In this document: positions 52,095 through 64,000 of the stretch, piece after piece
Numbering within the stretch: position 1 is the first letter of the stretch
How the letters are laid out: each line of letters starts with the position of its first letter
DNA from: Mobula hypostoma
Taxonomy: Eukaryota
DNA length: 64,000 bases
Reading direction: 5' to 3'
Assembly (NCBI RefSeq): GCF_963921235.1
Contig: NC_086097.1
Span: 165,852,001 to 165,916,000 of the forward strand
The notes under the pieces: generated by a model
Seen by the model: the letters and a program-made list of their open reading frames with translations, nothing else
Databases searched by the model: none
What the model was told of the DNA's origin: nothing
Position numbers and translations under genes: made by a program

Positions 52095-55000
52095 TATCCT
52101 GTTGAATTGGTTCATCAGTTAATCGGGCAGCTGCCTATTTGAGACGGCTCTTAAAGAACAAAAAAAATCTAGAGAATAGCTAGGATTCTCTTCATTTATT
52201 TGGGACACTATGCTGCTTAATTGGGACAGGAGGCTATGCCAAACAGTTTCTAACTTCTGTCAGTCACGTGCAGTTGTTAGACCCTACACTGTGGTTAGAG
52301 TGAACAATTTTTAAAGAATGTTAGTGTGTGTATTCAAAAAGCAGTGATTTTTGTTACTGCTAGTTGTCGAAATAAGCAGCAAGACAATTCAGAACAGTTT
52401 TGCTCACTGTGGTTTCAAGCATTTAGCATTAGAGGAGCCAGAAATGGCGATGAGTGAAATTGAAATGATTTCACTATTTCAACAAGTTCGGAACTGCAAA
52501 GAATTTGTATGTATTGACATTCATCTTGAATGTTACAATGAAAATGAAGGTTTGGAAGATGCAATCATTGAAAACATTGTATGAAGGAAGTCTATCATAT
52601 ACAGAAGATGTCTGCATTGATTTTGTTTATTTACAGGCAGTTGAAAGAACATGGCAACATACACTGAATGAATTCCTCAGTTGATAACTATTATAAATTG
52701 CTAGAGGCTCCGGTGGATTTAAACTAGATACAAGGGGGGAGGGAACCAGAGTGTAGGAACAGATGCAGGGAAGAAAGAAGAAAAAGAAAATAGTAAAGTT
52801 GTTTGCACCGTTAGTGATAAACAGAGAGTAAGAAGTGGAAAATTTCTTAAATGCTTTTATTTTAATGCTAGGAGCATTATAAGAAAGGTGGATGAGCCTT
52901 AAAGTATGGATTGATACCTGGAAGTATGATGTAGCTATTAGTGAAGCATGGTTACGGGAGGGGTGTGATTGGCAACCAAATATTCCTGGATTTAATTGCT
53001 TCAGGTGTGAGAGAATTGGAGGGACAAGAGGAGGAGGTGTTGCATTGCTTGTCAGCAAATATTACAGCGGTGCTCTGGCAGGATAGATTAGAGGGCTCGT
53101 CTAGGGAGGCTATTTGGGTGGAATTGAGGAATGGAAAAGGTGTAGTAACACTTATGGGGGTGTATCATAGACCACCAAATGGGGAATGAGAGTTGGAGGA
53201 GCAAATTTGTAAGGAGATTGCAGATATTTGTAGTAAGCACGAGGTTGTGATTGTGGAAGATTTTAGTTTTCCACACATAGACTGGGAAGCCCATACTGTA
53301 AAAGGGGTGGATGTTTTGGAGTTTGTACAATGTGTGCAAGATAGTTTTTTTGCAGCAATACATAGAGGTACCAACTAGAGAGGGAGCGGTGTTGGATCTC
53401 CTGTTAGGGAATGAGATAGGTCAGGTGATAGAGGTTTGTGTTGGGGAGCACTTCGGGTCCAGTGATCACAATGCTATTAGTTTCAATATAATTATGGCGA
53501 AGGATAGGTCTGGACCCAGGGTGGAGATTTTTGATTGGAGAAAGGCTAACTTTGAAGAGATGCAGAAGGATTTAGAAGGAGTGGATTGGGACAATTTGTT
53601 TTATGGGAAGAATGTAATAGAGAAATGGAGGTCATTTAAAGGTGAAACTTTGAGAGTACAGAATCTTTATGTTCCTGTTAGGTTGAAAGGTTAAAAGTTT
53701 GAGAGCCATGGTTTTCAAGAGATCTTGGAAACTTGGTTCGAAAAAAGAGAGATATCTACAATAAATATAGGCAGCATGGAGTAAATGAAGTGCTGGAGGA
53801 ATATAAAGAATATAAAAAGAATCTTAAAGAAATTAGAAAAGCTAAAAGAAGATATGAGGTCTCTTTGGCAAGTAAGGTGAAAATAAATCCGAAGGGTTTC
53901 TACCATTATATTAATAGCAAAGGGATAGTGAGGGATAAAATTGGTCCCTTAGAGAATTAGAGTGGACAGCTATGTGTGGAGCCAAAAGAGATGGGGGAGA
54001 TTCTGAACAATTTCTTTTCTTCGGTATTCACTAAGGAGAATTGTGTAAGATAAAGGAAATAGGTAGGAAGTTATGGAAACTATGATGATTAAAGAGGAGG
54101 AGGTACTAGAGCTTTTAAGGAATATAAAAGTGGATAAGTCTCTGGGTCCTGACAGGATATTCCCATGGACCTTGAGGGAAGTTAGTGTGGAAATAGCAGG
54201 GGCTCTTGACAGAAATATTTCAAATGTCATTAGAAACGGGGATGGTGCCAGAAGATTGGCGTATTGCTGATGTTGTTCCATTGTTTAAAAAGGGTTCTAA
54301 GAGTAAACCTGGCAATTATCGGTCTGTGAGTTTGACGTCAGCAGTGGGTAAGTTGATGGAAAATATTCTAGAGATAGTATATATAATTATCTGGATAGAC
54401 AGGGTCTGATTAGGAACAGTCAGCATGGATTTGTGCGTGGAAGGTCATGTTTGACAAATCTTACTGAATTTTTTGAAGAGTTGACGAGGGTAAAGTGGTG
54501 GATGTTGTCTATATGGACTTCAGTAAGGCCTTTGAGAAGGCCCCACACGGAAGGTTGGTTAGGAAGGTTCAATCGTTAGGTATTAATATTGAAGTAGTAA
54601 AATGGATTCAGCAGTGACTGGATGGGAGATGCCATGCAGTGGTGGATAACTGTTTGTCAGATTGGAGGCTGGTGACTAGTGGTGTGTCTCAGGGATCTGT
54701 ACTGGGTCCGATGTTATTTGTCATATACATTAATGATCTGGATGAAGGGGTGGTAAATTGGATGAGTAAGTATGCAGATGATATTAAGATAGGTGGAGTT
54801 GTGGATAATGAAGTAGGTTTTCAAAACTTGCAGAGAGATTTAGGCCAGTTAGAAGAGTGGGCTGAAAGATGGCAGATGGAGTTTAATGCTGAAAAATGTG
54901 AGGTGCTACATTTTGGTAGGACTAATCAAAATAGGACATACATGGTAAATGGTAGGGCATTGAAGAATGCTGTAGAACAGAGGGATCTAGGAATAATGGT

Positions 55001-55888
55001 GCATAGTTCCCTGAAGGTGGAATCTCATTTGGATAGGGTGGTGAAGAAAGCTTTTGGTATGCTGGCCTTTATAAATCACAGCATTGAGTATAGGAGTTGG
55101 GATGTAATGTTGAAATTGTACAAGGCATTGGTGAGGCCAAATTTGGAGTATTGTGTACAGTTTTGGTCACCAAATTATAGGAAAGATGTCAACAAAATAG
55201 AGAGAGTACAGAGAGGATTTACTAGAATGTTGCCTGGGTTTCACCACCTAAGTTACAGAGAAAGGTTGAACAAGTTGGGTCTTTATTCTTTGGAGTGTAG
55301 AAGGTTGAGGGGGGACTTAATAGAGGTATTTAAAATTATGAGGGGGATAGATAGAGTTGACGTGGATAGGCTTTTTCCATTGAGAGTGGGGGAGATTCAG
55401 ACAAGAGGACATGAGTTGAGAGTTAAAGGGCAAAAGTTGAGGGGTAACATCTTTACTCAGAGAGTGGTAGCTGTGTAGAATGAGCTTCCAGCAGAAGTGG
55501 TTGAGGCAGGTTCGATGTTGTCATTTGAAGTTAAATTGGACAGGTATATGGACAGGAAAGGAATGGAGGGTTATGGGCTGAGTGCAGGTCGGTGGGACTA
55601 GGTGAGAGTAAGAGTTCGGCACAGACCAGAAGGGCGGAGATGGCCTGTTTCCGTGCTGTAATGGTTATATGGTTATAAACTAATACAGTTTTATAGTACT
55701 GTAGTCGTATTGGTAATGTTCTAATTTGTTCTATATTTCATTTAAATACATTATTTGTTACTCACTTAAACATAGTTTGTTTTGTACATACCTTTCTAAT
55801 TTCTATAAAATGTTGGCTATTAGGGACAGCTGCTTAATTGGTTCCAATGCACTAGTTCCAGTGTGTCCCAGTTAACCAGAATCCGCTG
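52095..55888 (+). mobile_element. Tigger-like non-autonomous TIR element split by a CR1 insertion
   Basis: Right end GAATCCGCTG|TA. Homologous in inverted orientation to 56080-57132. Remnant ISSKTIQNSFAHCGF. Left end degraded. Confidence 0.65.
52698..55672 (+). mobile_element. CR1-type LINE, relatively well preserved ORF2 region
   Basis: 279-aa RT ORF (GVSQGSVLGP, KYADD) and an ATGGTTAT-repeat tail. TTATAAA is duplicated at 52691-52697 and 55673-55679. Confidence 0.92.
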
Positions 55889-56079
55889 TATTGTAAACGG
55901 ATTGTACTCACCACCCTAGTGTGACTGCGTAAATAATTATTCAGCAACCTAATGTTCTAACAGTTATTAATGGCATTTAATTTCATAAGAAATATTTACC
56001 ACGCAAAGGCTTTTTCATTGAATTAATTTATATTTAAATACTGTTATTTTACACAATTTTTCACGAAATTCTTTTTATA

Positions 56080-57132
56080 CGGTGGATTCAGGTTTTTTGA
56101 AAAAAATATTAAGTGGCTGTCCTAATTAGCCAAAATCATGGAATATTTAAAAGTTATAAAGAAGACAAACTACTGAGTAACAATTAATGTATTTAATTGA
56201 AATACAGAACAAATTAGAACATATTATTAATACCTCTACAGTATTATAAAACTGGGTATTAGTTCCTAATAGTTCATCTGCCATGTTCTTTAAATTGACT
56301 TTTTTTTGAAGTCTGTCACGAGCTTTGTGGTCCATCAGGCCGGTGCGTGAAGTGACAGAGTATGAGACCCCCCCCCACCCCCCCCACCCCGATAGGACGT
56401 CAGTCTATCGCGAGATTAACCCCCAGCACTTTGCCGGTACCTATTCTTAGCTGGGTAGACTGGAGCATTGCGCGGTTAAGTGCCTTGCTCAAGGACACTC
56501 GCGCCGCCTCGGCGGAGTCTCGAACCCACGACCTTCAGATTGCTAGTCCAATGCCCTAACCACTTGGCCACGTGCCACACAGGCTTAAATTGACTGTAAA
56601 TGAACAAAATCAGCATGGGTACCAAGTGCAGATAATGGACTGCTTTCATACAATGCTTTTGATGATTGCATCCTCCAAATCTTCATTTTCACTGTAACGT
56701 TAAAGGTGATTGTTGATATCTTCAAATTCTTTATAATTCCTAACTTGTTGAAATCATTTCATTTTCACTCTGTTATTTCTGGCATCGTCAAGCCTGAAAG
56801 CTTGAAATTGCGGTGAGTAAAGTAGTCCCAGACCTTCTTGCTGCTTATTTCTCACCAACTATCAGTGACAAAAATCACTGCATTTTGAACACAAACACAC
56901 CCAACTGATGCTATTTTAAAAACTAATTGCTGTAAGCATAGTATACAGTTTAACGGCCATGCAAATCCATGTGATTGACATTAGTTAGAAAGTGTTCAGC
57001 CAGTCCCCTGCCCCAGTTAAGTGGCATAGAGTCCCAAATAAACAAAGGGAATACCAGCTATTTTCTAGATTTAGTTTTTGTTCCTCAGAGTTGTCCTGAT
57101 TGACCGATGGCCTAACTCACTGGAATCCACTG
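56080..57132 (-). mobile_element. Tigger-like non-autonomous TIR element
   Basis: TA|CGGTGGATTC...GAATCCACTG|TA. Confidence 0.8.
56301..56584 (-). mobile_element. tRNA-derived SINE with CORE-like domain and A-rich tail
   Basis: Minus strand has A box TGGCCAAGTGG, B box GGTTCGAGAC and GTGTCCTTGAGCAAGGCACTTAACC. TSD TTAAATTGACT at 56290-56300 and 56585-56595. Confidence 0.85.
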
Positions 57133-57588
57133 TATATCCAATATGAAACATCCTTTAAGATTAAGAACAGAATTATGAAAGTTCTTACTTGTGAAAAAGC
57201 AAATTTTTATTGCCCCTTGATCCATTTGGTTCTTTTTTTTTGCTTAGTTAGTTTATGGTTCATTGAAATTTCCTATAGTAAAAAAAAATCAGTCCCTTTT
57301 ACAGGACTCTGAAATGGCCAGATGTGTTTCTCTTTTACCTGGATGGTTTGTCACCATCATCATTTGCCTTATTTCCTGTTTTCCCCTGAACTTTGTACCC
57401 ATCAGTTTGCATTGGTCAAAAAGCAAAAAAAAACATTCCGAAGTGTATGTAGTAGTCTTTTTTGATTTAATTTTATGTGTGCTCTGAAGTATTTTAATAG
57501 CATTATTCCAAGACAGTGTAATAATACAGAAGTGGTTTATGATCTTAATAGTTCATTAATAACTAAAATGGAGGTGCTATTGATGATT

Positions 57589-57904
57589 GTGGGCATGTAG
57601 CCAAGTGGTTAAAGCATTGGCCTAGCGACCTGAAGGTCGAGAGTTTGAGCCCCAGCCAAGGCAATGTGCTGTGTCCTTGAGCAAGGCATTTAATCACACA
57701 TTGCTCTGTGACGACACTGGTGCCAAGCTGTATGAGTCCTAATGCCCTTTCCTTGGATAACATTGGTGTCGTGGAAAGGGGAGACTTGCAGCATGGGCAA
57801 GTGCTGGTCTTCCATACAACCTTCCCCAGGCCTGCACCCTGGAGAGTGAAGACTTTCCAGGCGCAGATCCATGGTCTCGCAAGACTAACGGATGCCTTTA
57901 CTTT
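57589..57904 (+). mobile_element. tRNA-derived CORE-like SINE with RTE-like 3' tail
   Basis: A box TAGCCAAGTGG, B-box-like AGTTTGAGCC and GTGTCCTTGAGCAAGGCATTTAATC. TSD TATTGATGATT at 57578-57588 and 57905-57915. Confidence 0.85.
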
Positions 57905-58423
57905 TATTGATGATTAAGTGACCCCAAATTGCATTTGGAGATTTTCTTAATTCTTCAAAACATTAGAGGGACAGACATCTAATTATAGAGCAGTATACCT
58001 TTTTATTTACTAGAAGTGCAAATGCATACTGTATAAAGCATCCTTGTGACCAGCATTATGTTGTACTGAAACTTAGTGAAGTAACTGAAGTAGTGATTTG
58101 TGATTTATGCAAGTCATGTAATAAAAGACTTGGTTCATAAGAAGGGCATGCATTTTTTGTAATCTTGGGTATACATTTTTAAATATGCCCCCTTCTGTAA
58201 ATATGCCATTGGTAACAGTGGACAAAACTTTTGTCAATTGATTGGGATAATTGAATCAAATCCGGCAAAAGAGTGTGCTATCTATAAAAATAAACTCCAT
58301 TCTTTCAAATAATATTTGCTTTTCTTTTGGGCCTCGAAGAAATGCAAGCTCTGCTTATAACAGTCAAAAGAAAAGCTAGTTATTACTGCATGTATCTGTC
58401 TGAAGTGTTTTTTTTCTATGTAG

Positions 58424-58690
58424 CAGAACGAGATTGTAGAGTTCGACCTATTAGGCAGTGATTTAGACACCCCATTAGATACAGGAAAGATGGATCTGCA
58501 CAGCTTTGTGCACTATTATGACAGTTCTCGACTACCTCCATGTGCTGTATCCACACCAGGAAGTGGGCTCAGGTTTCACAAATCAGTTCGTGGTGGCATC
58601 CGTCAGACTCCAAGCAATGATAGCCATAGAAGTGACCTGCAGGGATTTGTATCTTCTGCAGCCAGTGAAGTCAGAGTGCAAAAGGTCCAG
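58424..58690 (+). CDS. Candidate alternative (cassette) exon of the VAP gene, 89 aa
   Basis: Pyrimidine tract ttttttttctatgtag|CAG, then a stop-free phase-0 frame of 267 bp ending CAG|gtctgt. Confidence 0.5.
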
Positions 58691-59174
58691 GTCTGTGCTA
58701 GTGAGAAAGGATTACTGCAAATATTGCAGCAAGAATTGTACAGTGGATTCCTGTTGTCATTTTTTTGAGGAAAAATTAGTTGATATATTGTCACTTATAT
58801 ACAATGTATTTATGTCTGATCATTCTTTCATTCAAATTGAGATGCAATGGTCTTGCTTTCCCCAGATGATGGAGTGCAAAGGGGACAATGTTATAAATTT
58901 TGAGAGAGATTTGCGAGCTAGTATGACAAAAAAAAGGTACAACGAAAACCTTGAGCAATTAACTTCAGGAAACTGACAAAAAGACAATGAGAGGAGTCCA
59001 CTGTTCTTTTGTTTGCATTTGTGTTTGACATTTTTGCAGAAGGTGGATAAGATTTTTTGGATTCTGAATTGTACTCTTTGTATATGCATAAGTAATAGAG
59101 TAGAATTTTAATTTGGTTTTAATCTTCTGAGCCATACATTGCAGTTGTAAAAGTTAATAGATGAAAATAGCAAC

Positions 59175-59565
59175 ACCTCATTTTCCGTCTAGGTAGCCTC
59201 CAACCTGACGGCATGAACATCAATTTCTCCTTCTGGTAATATTTTTCCCTTTCACTTCCCTCTTATTCTATTCCCCACTCTGGCCTCTTACTCTTCTCCT
59301 CACCTGCCTATTACCTCCCTCTGGTGCCCCTCCTTTCTCCCTGGTCCATTCTTCTCTCCTATCAGATTCCTCCTTCTCCAGCCCTACCTTTCCCACCCAC
59401 CTGGTTTCGCTTATCACTGAGCTAGTCCTCCTTCCCCTCTCCCCACTTTTTTATTCTGGCATCTTCCCCTTTCCAGTTGTGAAGAAGGGTTTCAGCCCGA
59501 AACGTTGACTTTTCATTCATTTCCATCTGCTGAGTTCCTCCAGCATTTTGTAGGTGTTGCAGCAG
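59175..59565 (+). mobile_element. PLE 3'/pLTR fragment, older
   Basis: Encodes LIFRLGSLQPDGMNI, matching 35696-35760 on the minus strand. Decayed hammerhead near 59475-59510. Confidence 0.75.
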
Positions 59566-60034
59566 ATGAATGAATTGAGCAGCAATTATCAAACATGGTT
59601 TAATTGGACAAATAGCAGATGTATTTGCAAAATGTAATTAAAAAATGTTGATAGTAGCAAGGTAGCATAAATATTGCTATTTTTCAAGCGTTGCGATATT
59701 TCTACTTCTGAAATGTGGAGAATACTCACATGAAAGATGTAACAGATTTGTATAACACATTAGTAGAATGTTTGCACAATAGGAACCATCAAAAGATTTC
59801 CTGTTTGATATTATTTGAGAGGACAAATGTACTGTGATTATTTGAAGGATTTTTTTGAAGAGTTAATACAAACTAAAATTCAAAATTTCGAGAAGCATCA
59901 CACTTTATATTAATCTAGTTTTTTGTAACTGATTTTAAAAGTATAGCATGCACATTTTGTGTATTTTATACCACTGTTTTGTAAAATTGATTTTCATATG
60001 TCCAAGTAATAATCCTATTTGAAAATCTTCACAG

Positions 60035-60214
60035 AATGATCTAGAAATAAACAAACCTGCTGCAGTAACGAATGCTCCTAAATCAGAAGGTCCGGCAATA
60101 CCAAAATCAGCCAGTACTTCAATGGATGACACAGAAGTGAAAAAATTAATGGAGGAATGCAAGAGGCTTCAAGCTGAGTTGGTGAAAATAACAGATGAGA
60201 ATCAACAGTTAAAA
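60035..60214 (+). CDS. VAPA: VAP exon 5 equivalent, linker and coiled coil
   Basis: cttcacag|AAT GAT...TTA AAA|gtaagc, 180 bp. Encodes [60 protein letters not shown]. Confidence 0.93.
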
Positions 60215-60934
60215 GTAAGCCATTATGAATTGATACAAAAAAAACCTTGGCATTCATTCCTGAAGGTGATAAATTGGGGAGTATTATTCTTAATACCAAG
60301 TGATTAGTGGCAGATTCTGGAACCTTGCAAGTAAAAGATGCAATCAATGAGAGAATATAAGGTTTGTATCTCGAACAGATTTTGAGATGGGGTAGGGAAG
60401 AAACTGAGAATGAACTAGTACTCCATTTTAAGTTGACTAGGGAATAGTCTCCCAGCTCTGCATATAAGATTCAAAGATTCAAAAAAACTTCATTGTCATT
60501 CTAACCGTACATCAGCTCTGCAGGGCAGAATGAGACAGCGTTTCTCAGGAGCAGTGCAATCATAACATAACAAATGCAACACTAAATAATAAACATACAA
60601 TAAATAGTAAAACACAACAGCCACATGTCAGTTAAAATCAAGTTATAAGTGTAATTATCAATTATAACTAGTATAATTGGCTTTAGTATTATGCCTATGA
60701 CTGCCTGACTCAAAAGTACATTTTGCAATATTTTAAAGGACAGTTTCCGTTCTTACATTTTCGAGGGGTTAACAATTTGTATTCAATCTTGCATTCTGCT
60801 GACAAACACTTTAAAATTATGAAAATTTATGTCATAGTCATATAACCTAAATGGCTAACATTCCTTTATGATAAAATTATTAATATGAACAGTTTAATTG
60901 TTTGCTTCTTCAATTAGCATCAACTCTGTCAACA

Positions 60935-62042
60935 AGATAAAATCCTACAGTATTACAGGAAAGATACTGGCATGGATAGAGGAATGGCTGACAGGCTGGA
61001 AGCAGTGAGTGGGAATAAAGGGGGCTTTTTCTGGTTGGCTGCCAGTGACTAGTGGTGTTCCTCAGGTCAGTATTGGGACTGCTACGTCTCACATTGTTTG
61101 TCAGTGATTTGAATAATGGATTTTATGACTTTGTGGCAAAGTTTGGATGATATGAAGATGGATGGAGGGATAGTTAGTGTTGAGGAACAATGCGTTTGCA
61201 GCAGGACCTAACAAATTGGAAGAATGGGCAAAAAAGTGGCAGATGGAATACAGTGTTGGGAAATGTGCAATAATGCAGTTTGGTAAAAGGAACAATAGTG
61301 TGGTCTATTATCTAAATGGGGAGAAGGTTCAAATATCGGAGGTGCAGAGGGACTTGGGAGTCCTCGTTCAAGACACCCAAAAGGTTAATTCACAGGTTGA
61401 GTCTATGGTAAAGAAAACATGCAATGCTGGCATTTGTTTCAAGGGGAATAGAATGTAAAAGCAACGGGATAACACTGAGCCTTTATTAGACGCTAGTCAG
61501 GCCACACTTGGAATATTGTCAATAATTTTGGGCCCCATATCGCAGAAAGGATGTGTTGTCGTTGGAGAGAGTCCAGAGGAGGTTCACGAGGATGATTCCG
61601 GGAATGAAGGGATTAATATATGAGGCAGATTTGGGCATGTACTCACTGGAATGTAGAAGAATGCGGGGGGATCTCATTGAAACCTACTGAATGTTGAAAG
61701 GACTAGATAGGGTGGCTGTGGAGAGGATGTTTCCTACGGTGGGGGTATCCAGAATTGGAGGGCACATCTTCAAAATGTTGAGGGGTGACCTTTTAAAACA
61801 GAGGTAAAGAGGAATTTTTTTAAGCTAGAGAGTAGTGAATTTCTGGAATACTCTGCGACAGATCATGATGGAAGCCAAATCCGTGCGTATATTTAAGGTG
61901 GAAGTTGATTAGTCAGGGCATCAAAGGATATAGTGAGAAGGCTGTTGTATGGAGTTGAGTGGGATCTGGGACCAACCATGATGGATTGGTGGAGCAGACT
62001 CGATGGGCTGAATGGCCTAATTCTGCTCTTGTGTCTTATGGC
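60935..62042 (+). mobile_element. CR1-type LINE 3' fragment
   Basis: EWAKKWQMEYSVGKC and QRDLGVLV, ending in a TCTTATG tail. Confidence 0.85.
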
Positions 62043-62939
62043 CCATCAGGATTTTGTATGTTTCAAGTTTCCCTCATTCTTATAAAAAGAACATAGACTT
62101 AAGCTGTTGGCCTCAATCTCATTTGGACTGCCTCCAATGCTACAATATTTTTCTGGGGAAGGGGACTAAAGTTGTAATATTCTACAATTGTAGCAACACT
62201 TTCCTATTTTTAAATTCCAGACTTATTGCAATAAAGCTTAAAGCTTTATTTCAGCTACAAAACTTGTGCAAACAATCTTACAAAATGCACATGTGGAAGT
62301 CACTGTTTTATTCACTATCTTTTCATTATCCATTCACAGTTTAATATTTAAATAAAATGATAAAACACTTTCATACTAATTTGGAATTGCTACTTTTATT
62401 TTGAAATGCTACCTTGCATTGGAAATGTAACCTTTGTACTCTGTATAGGAGTTCAAAATGCTATCTTCAACTTTCAGCTTTCTCTTGCGTCATAATTTTT
62501 CTTGTCCCTTGGGACCAATTTGGGTGCATGACCACACTTGATTCATTTTCAAATCTTCATTTTACCCTTTTAATGCTAAACTGTTTAATTAAAGTTAGTT
62601 TTGTATTTTTTTTGTACACAGTTGTAAACGAATATTGATATGTGGGGAAAATTGGACAAGCTTTAAATGTTTCTGCATAATTAGCTATTCAGTTATTTGA
62701 ATGTGAAATGTATCAGTTGAAATGTTTATGTTAACTACCACTCAGTAAAATATTAAATATTTTTACAGTACTTCTGCAAAAGTTTTATTTACTGTAATTA
62801 ATTTTGTTTCAGATGTTTATATTTTGTCTTGTGTCTTAGTATGTCAGTAGAAAAGAGCTCATTTTAGATTTCCAAAATTTAAATTTTCATTTAAACGATA
62901 GGGAAGTTCTTGCATTTTGTTAAAGAAAGTAGCATATTA

Positions 62940-64000
62940 AGTCGTAGATCACTTTTCAAATAAAAACCTGATTACTTTTTAGGTACATAACACAGTGCAT
63001 GATTAAACAAAGTTACAAAACGGAATGCTAATGATCAATGAGATAATGAGTTGAATGAACTAAACTGATTAACTGCAACTAAAATGGGTGTAGAAGGAAT
63101 CAAAATGGGCAAAGGACAGCTAAACTAAAAGGAGAAGGTATGACAGATGTGACAGTTTAACCTTCAAATCATCAATTTTTACACCATGGCCAGAGTGAGC
63201 ATAGCAACAAGACACAAGGTGGTCATCCTGCATTAATAAGGTCTCTCCCAAACTGAAATTTTGCAGCAGACTGGTCTCAAGATGTGCTATGCAAGCTCTT
63301 CTGAAGAAGCACAAAGAAACAGGCAAGGTTGAGGACAGCCACGACACTGAGTGCAGTAGGCAAGGGATGCATCGAACTGAAGACTGAATTCGAAGAAGTC
63401 CAGCACTACTATCAGCTCTGAACTCTCAAAAACCACTGGAACCCAGTACACCCGTCTATAGTCTAGTGATGTCTTGTCAAAAGTGGTCTTCCTGGAAGAG
63501 TTGCTGCCAAAAAGCTATTCCTCTGAAATAGAAATAAGCCAAGAGACTCAACTACGCACAAAAGCACAAGGTTTGTGGTGCTGAACAATGACAGTGTGCT
63601 CTACACTGCTGAGTCAAAATTTTCTTTTTTTTTGGCTTAAGTAGGAGGCATTTTGTCCGTAGAAGAGCTGGAGAGTGCTACATGAGTATCTGCAGCCAAC
63701 AGTATAGCATGGTGGAGGTTCACTGCAGGTTTGGGTTGTATTTTATGATCCTCAATGTTGAGAAGTACAGGACAGTGACCCCAACAAAACACATGGCCAA
63801 GGTCTTAAAAAAAACTTCCTTCAGCGAAAAGAAGAATGAGGAGTTCTGCAACAGATTATGGCCGCCTCAAAGCCCTGATCTCAACATAATCGAGGCTGTC
63901 TTGGATTACCTGAAGAGATTGAAGCAAATGAGACCGCCAAAGCCTGCAGAAGAGCTGTGGCAGGTTTTCTAAGATGCTTGTAAGAACCTATTAGCTGATT
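62940..64000 (+). mobile_element. Tc1-like transposon, degraded, running off the window
   Basis: MARVSIATRHKVVILH from 63186 and WPPQSPDLNIIEAVLDYL. Confidence 0.8.

Noticed and set aside
56500..56584. Apparent tRNA gene (also 57589-57660)
   Set aside because: These are SINE heads with CORE-like body, tail and TSD. No convincing full cloverleaf is present.
58506..58976. 156-aa ORF overlapping the candidate cassette exon
   Set aside because: It is in a different frame with no recognisable homology. The frame starting at 58424 fits the splice sites and gene phase.
1..64000. CRISPR arrays, operons or prokaryotic defence systems
   Set aside because: The sequence is eukaryotic intronic DNA with spliceosomal exons, and no regularly spaced repeat-spacer array was seen.

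Overview
Eukaryotic, repeat-dense vertebrate genomic DNA. The repeat repertoire suggests a cartilaginous fish such as a ray or shark, but that is inference. The only host gene seen is a + strand VAMP-associated protein gene (VAPA/VAPB family). Four internal coding exons are present with canonical splice sites and compatible phases: 31528-31680, 44247-44350, 51557-51637 and 60035-60214. The first exon and the transmembrane exon were not found and presumably lie outside the window. The introns are filled with decayed and often nested mobile elements: CR1 LINEs, Rex1/Babar-like LINEs, an RTE LINE, Penelope-like elements (PLEs) with minimal hammerhead-ribozyme motifs, a BEL/Pao LTR element, a solo LTR, an Academ-like XPG-nuclease DNA transposon, Tc1 and pogo/Tigger elements, and tRNA-derived CORE-like SINEs. 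Main observations: a candidate frame-preserving 267-bp cassette exon in the VAP linker region; recurrent fold-back PLE insertions with hammerheads and 14-bp target duplications; a SINE whose tail matches the RTE LINE in the same window; a TIR-bounded Academ-like element; and a 118-bp direct repeat bracketing a 5.5-kb nested-TE block. All element family names come from recalled motifs, not database searches.
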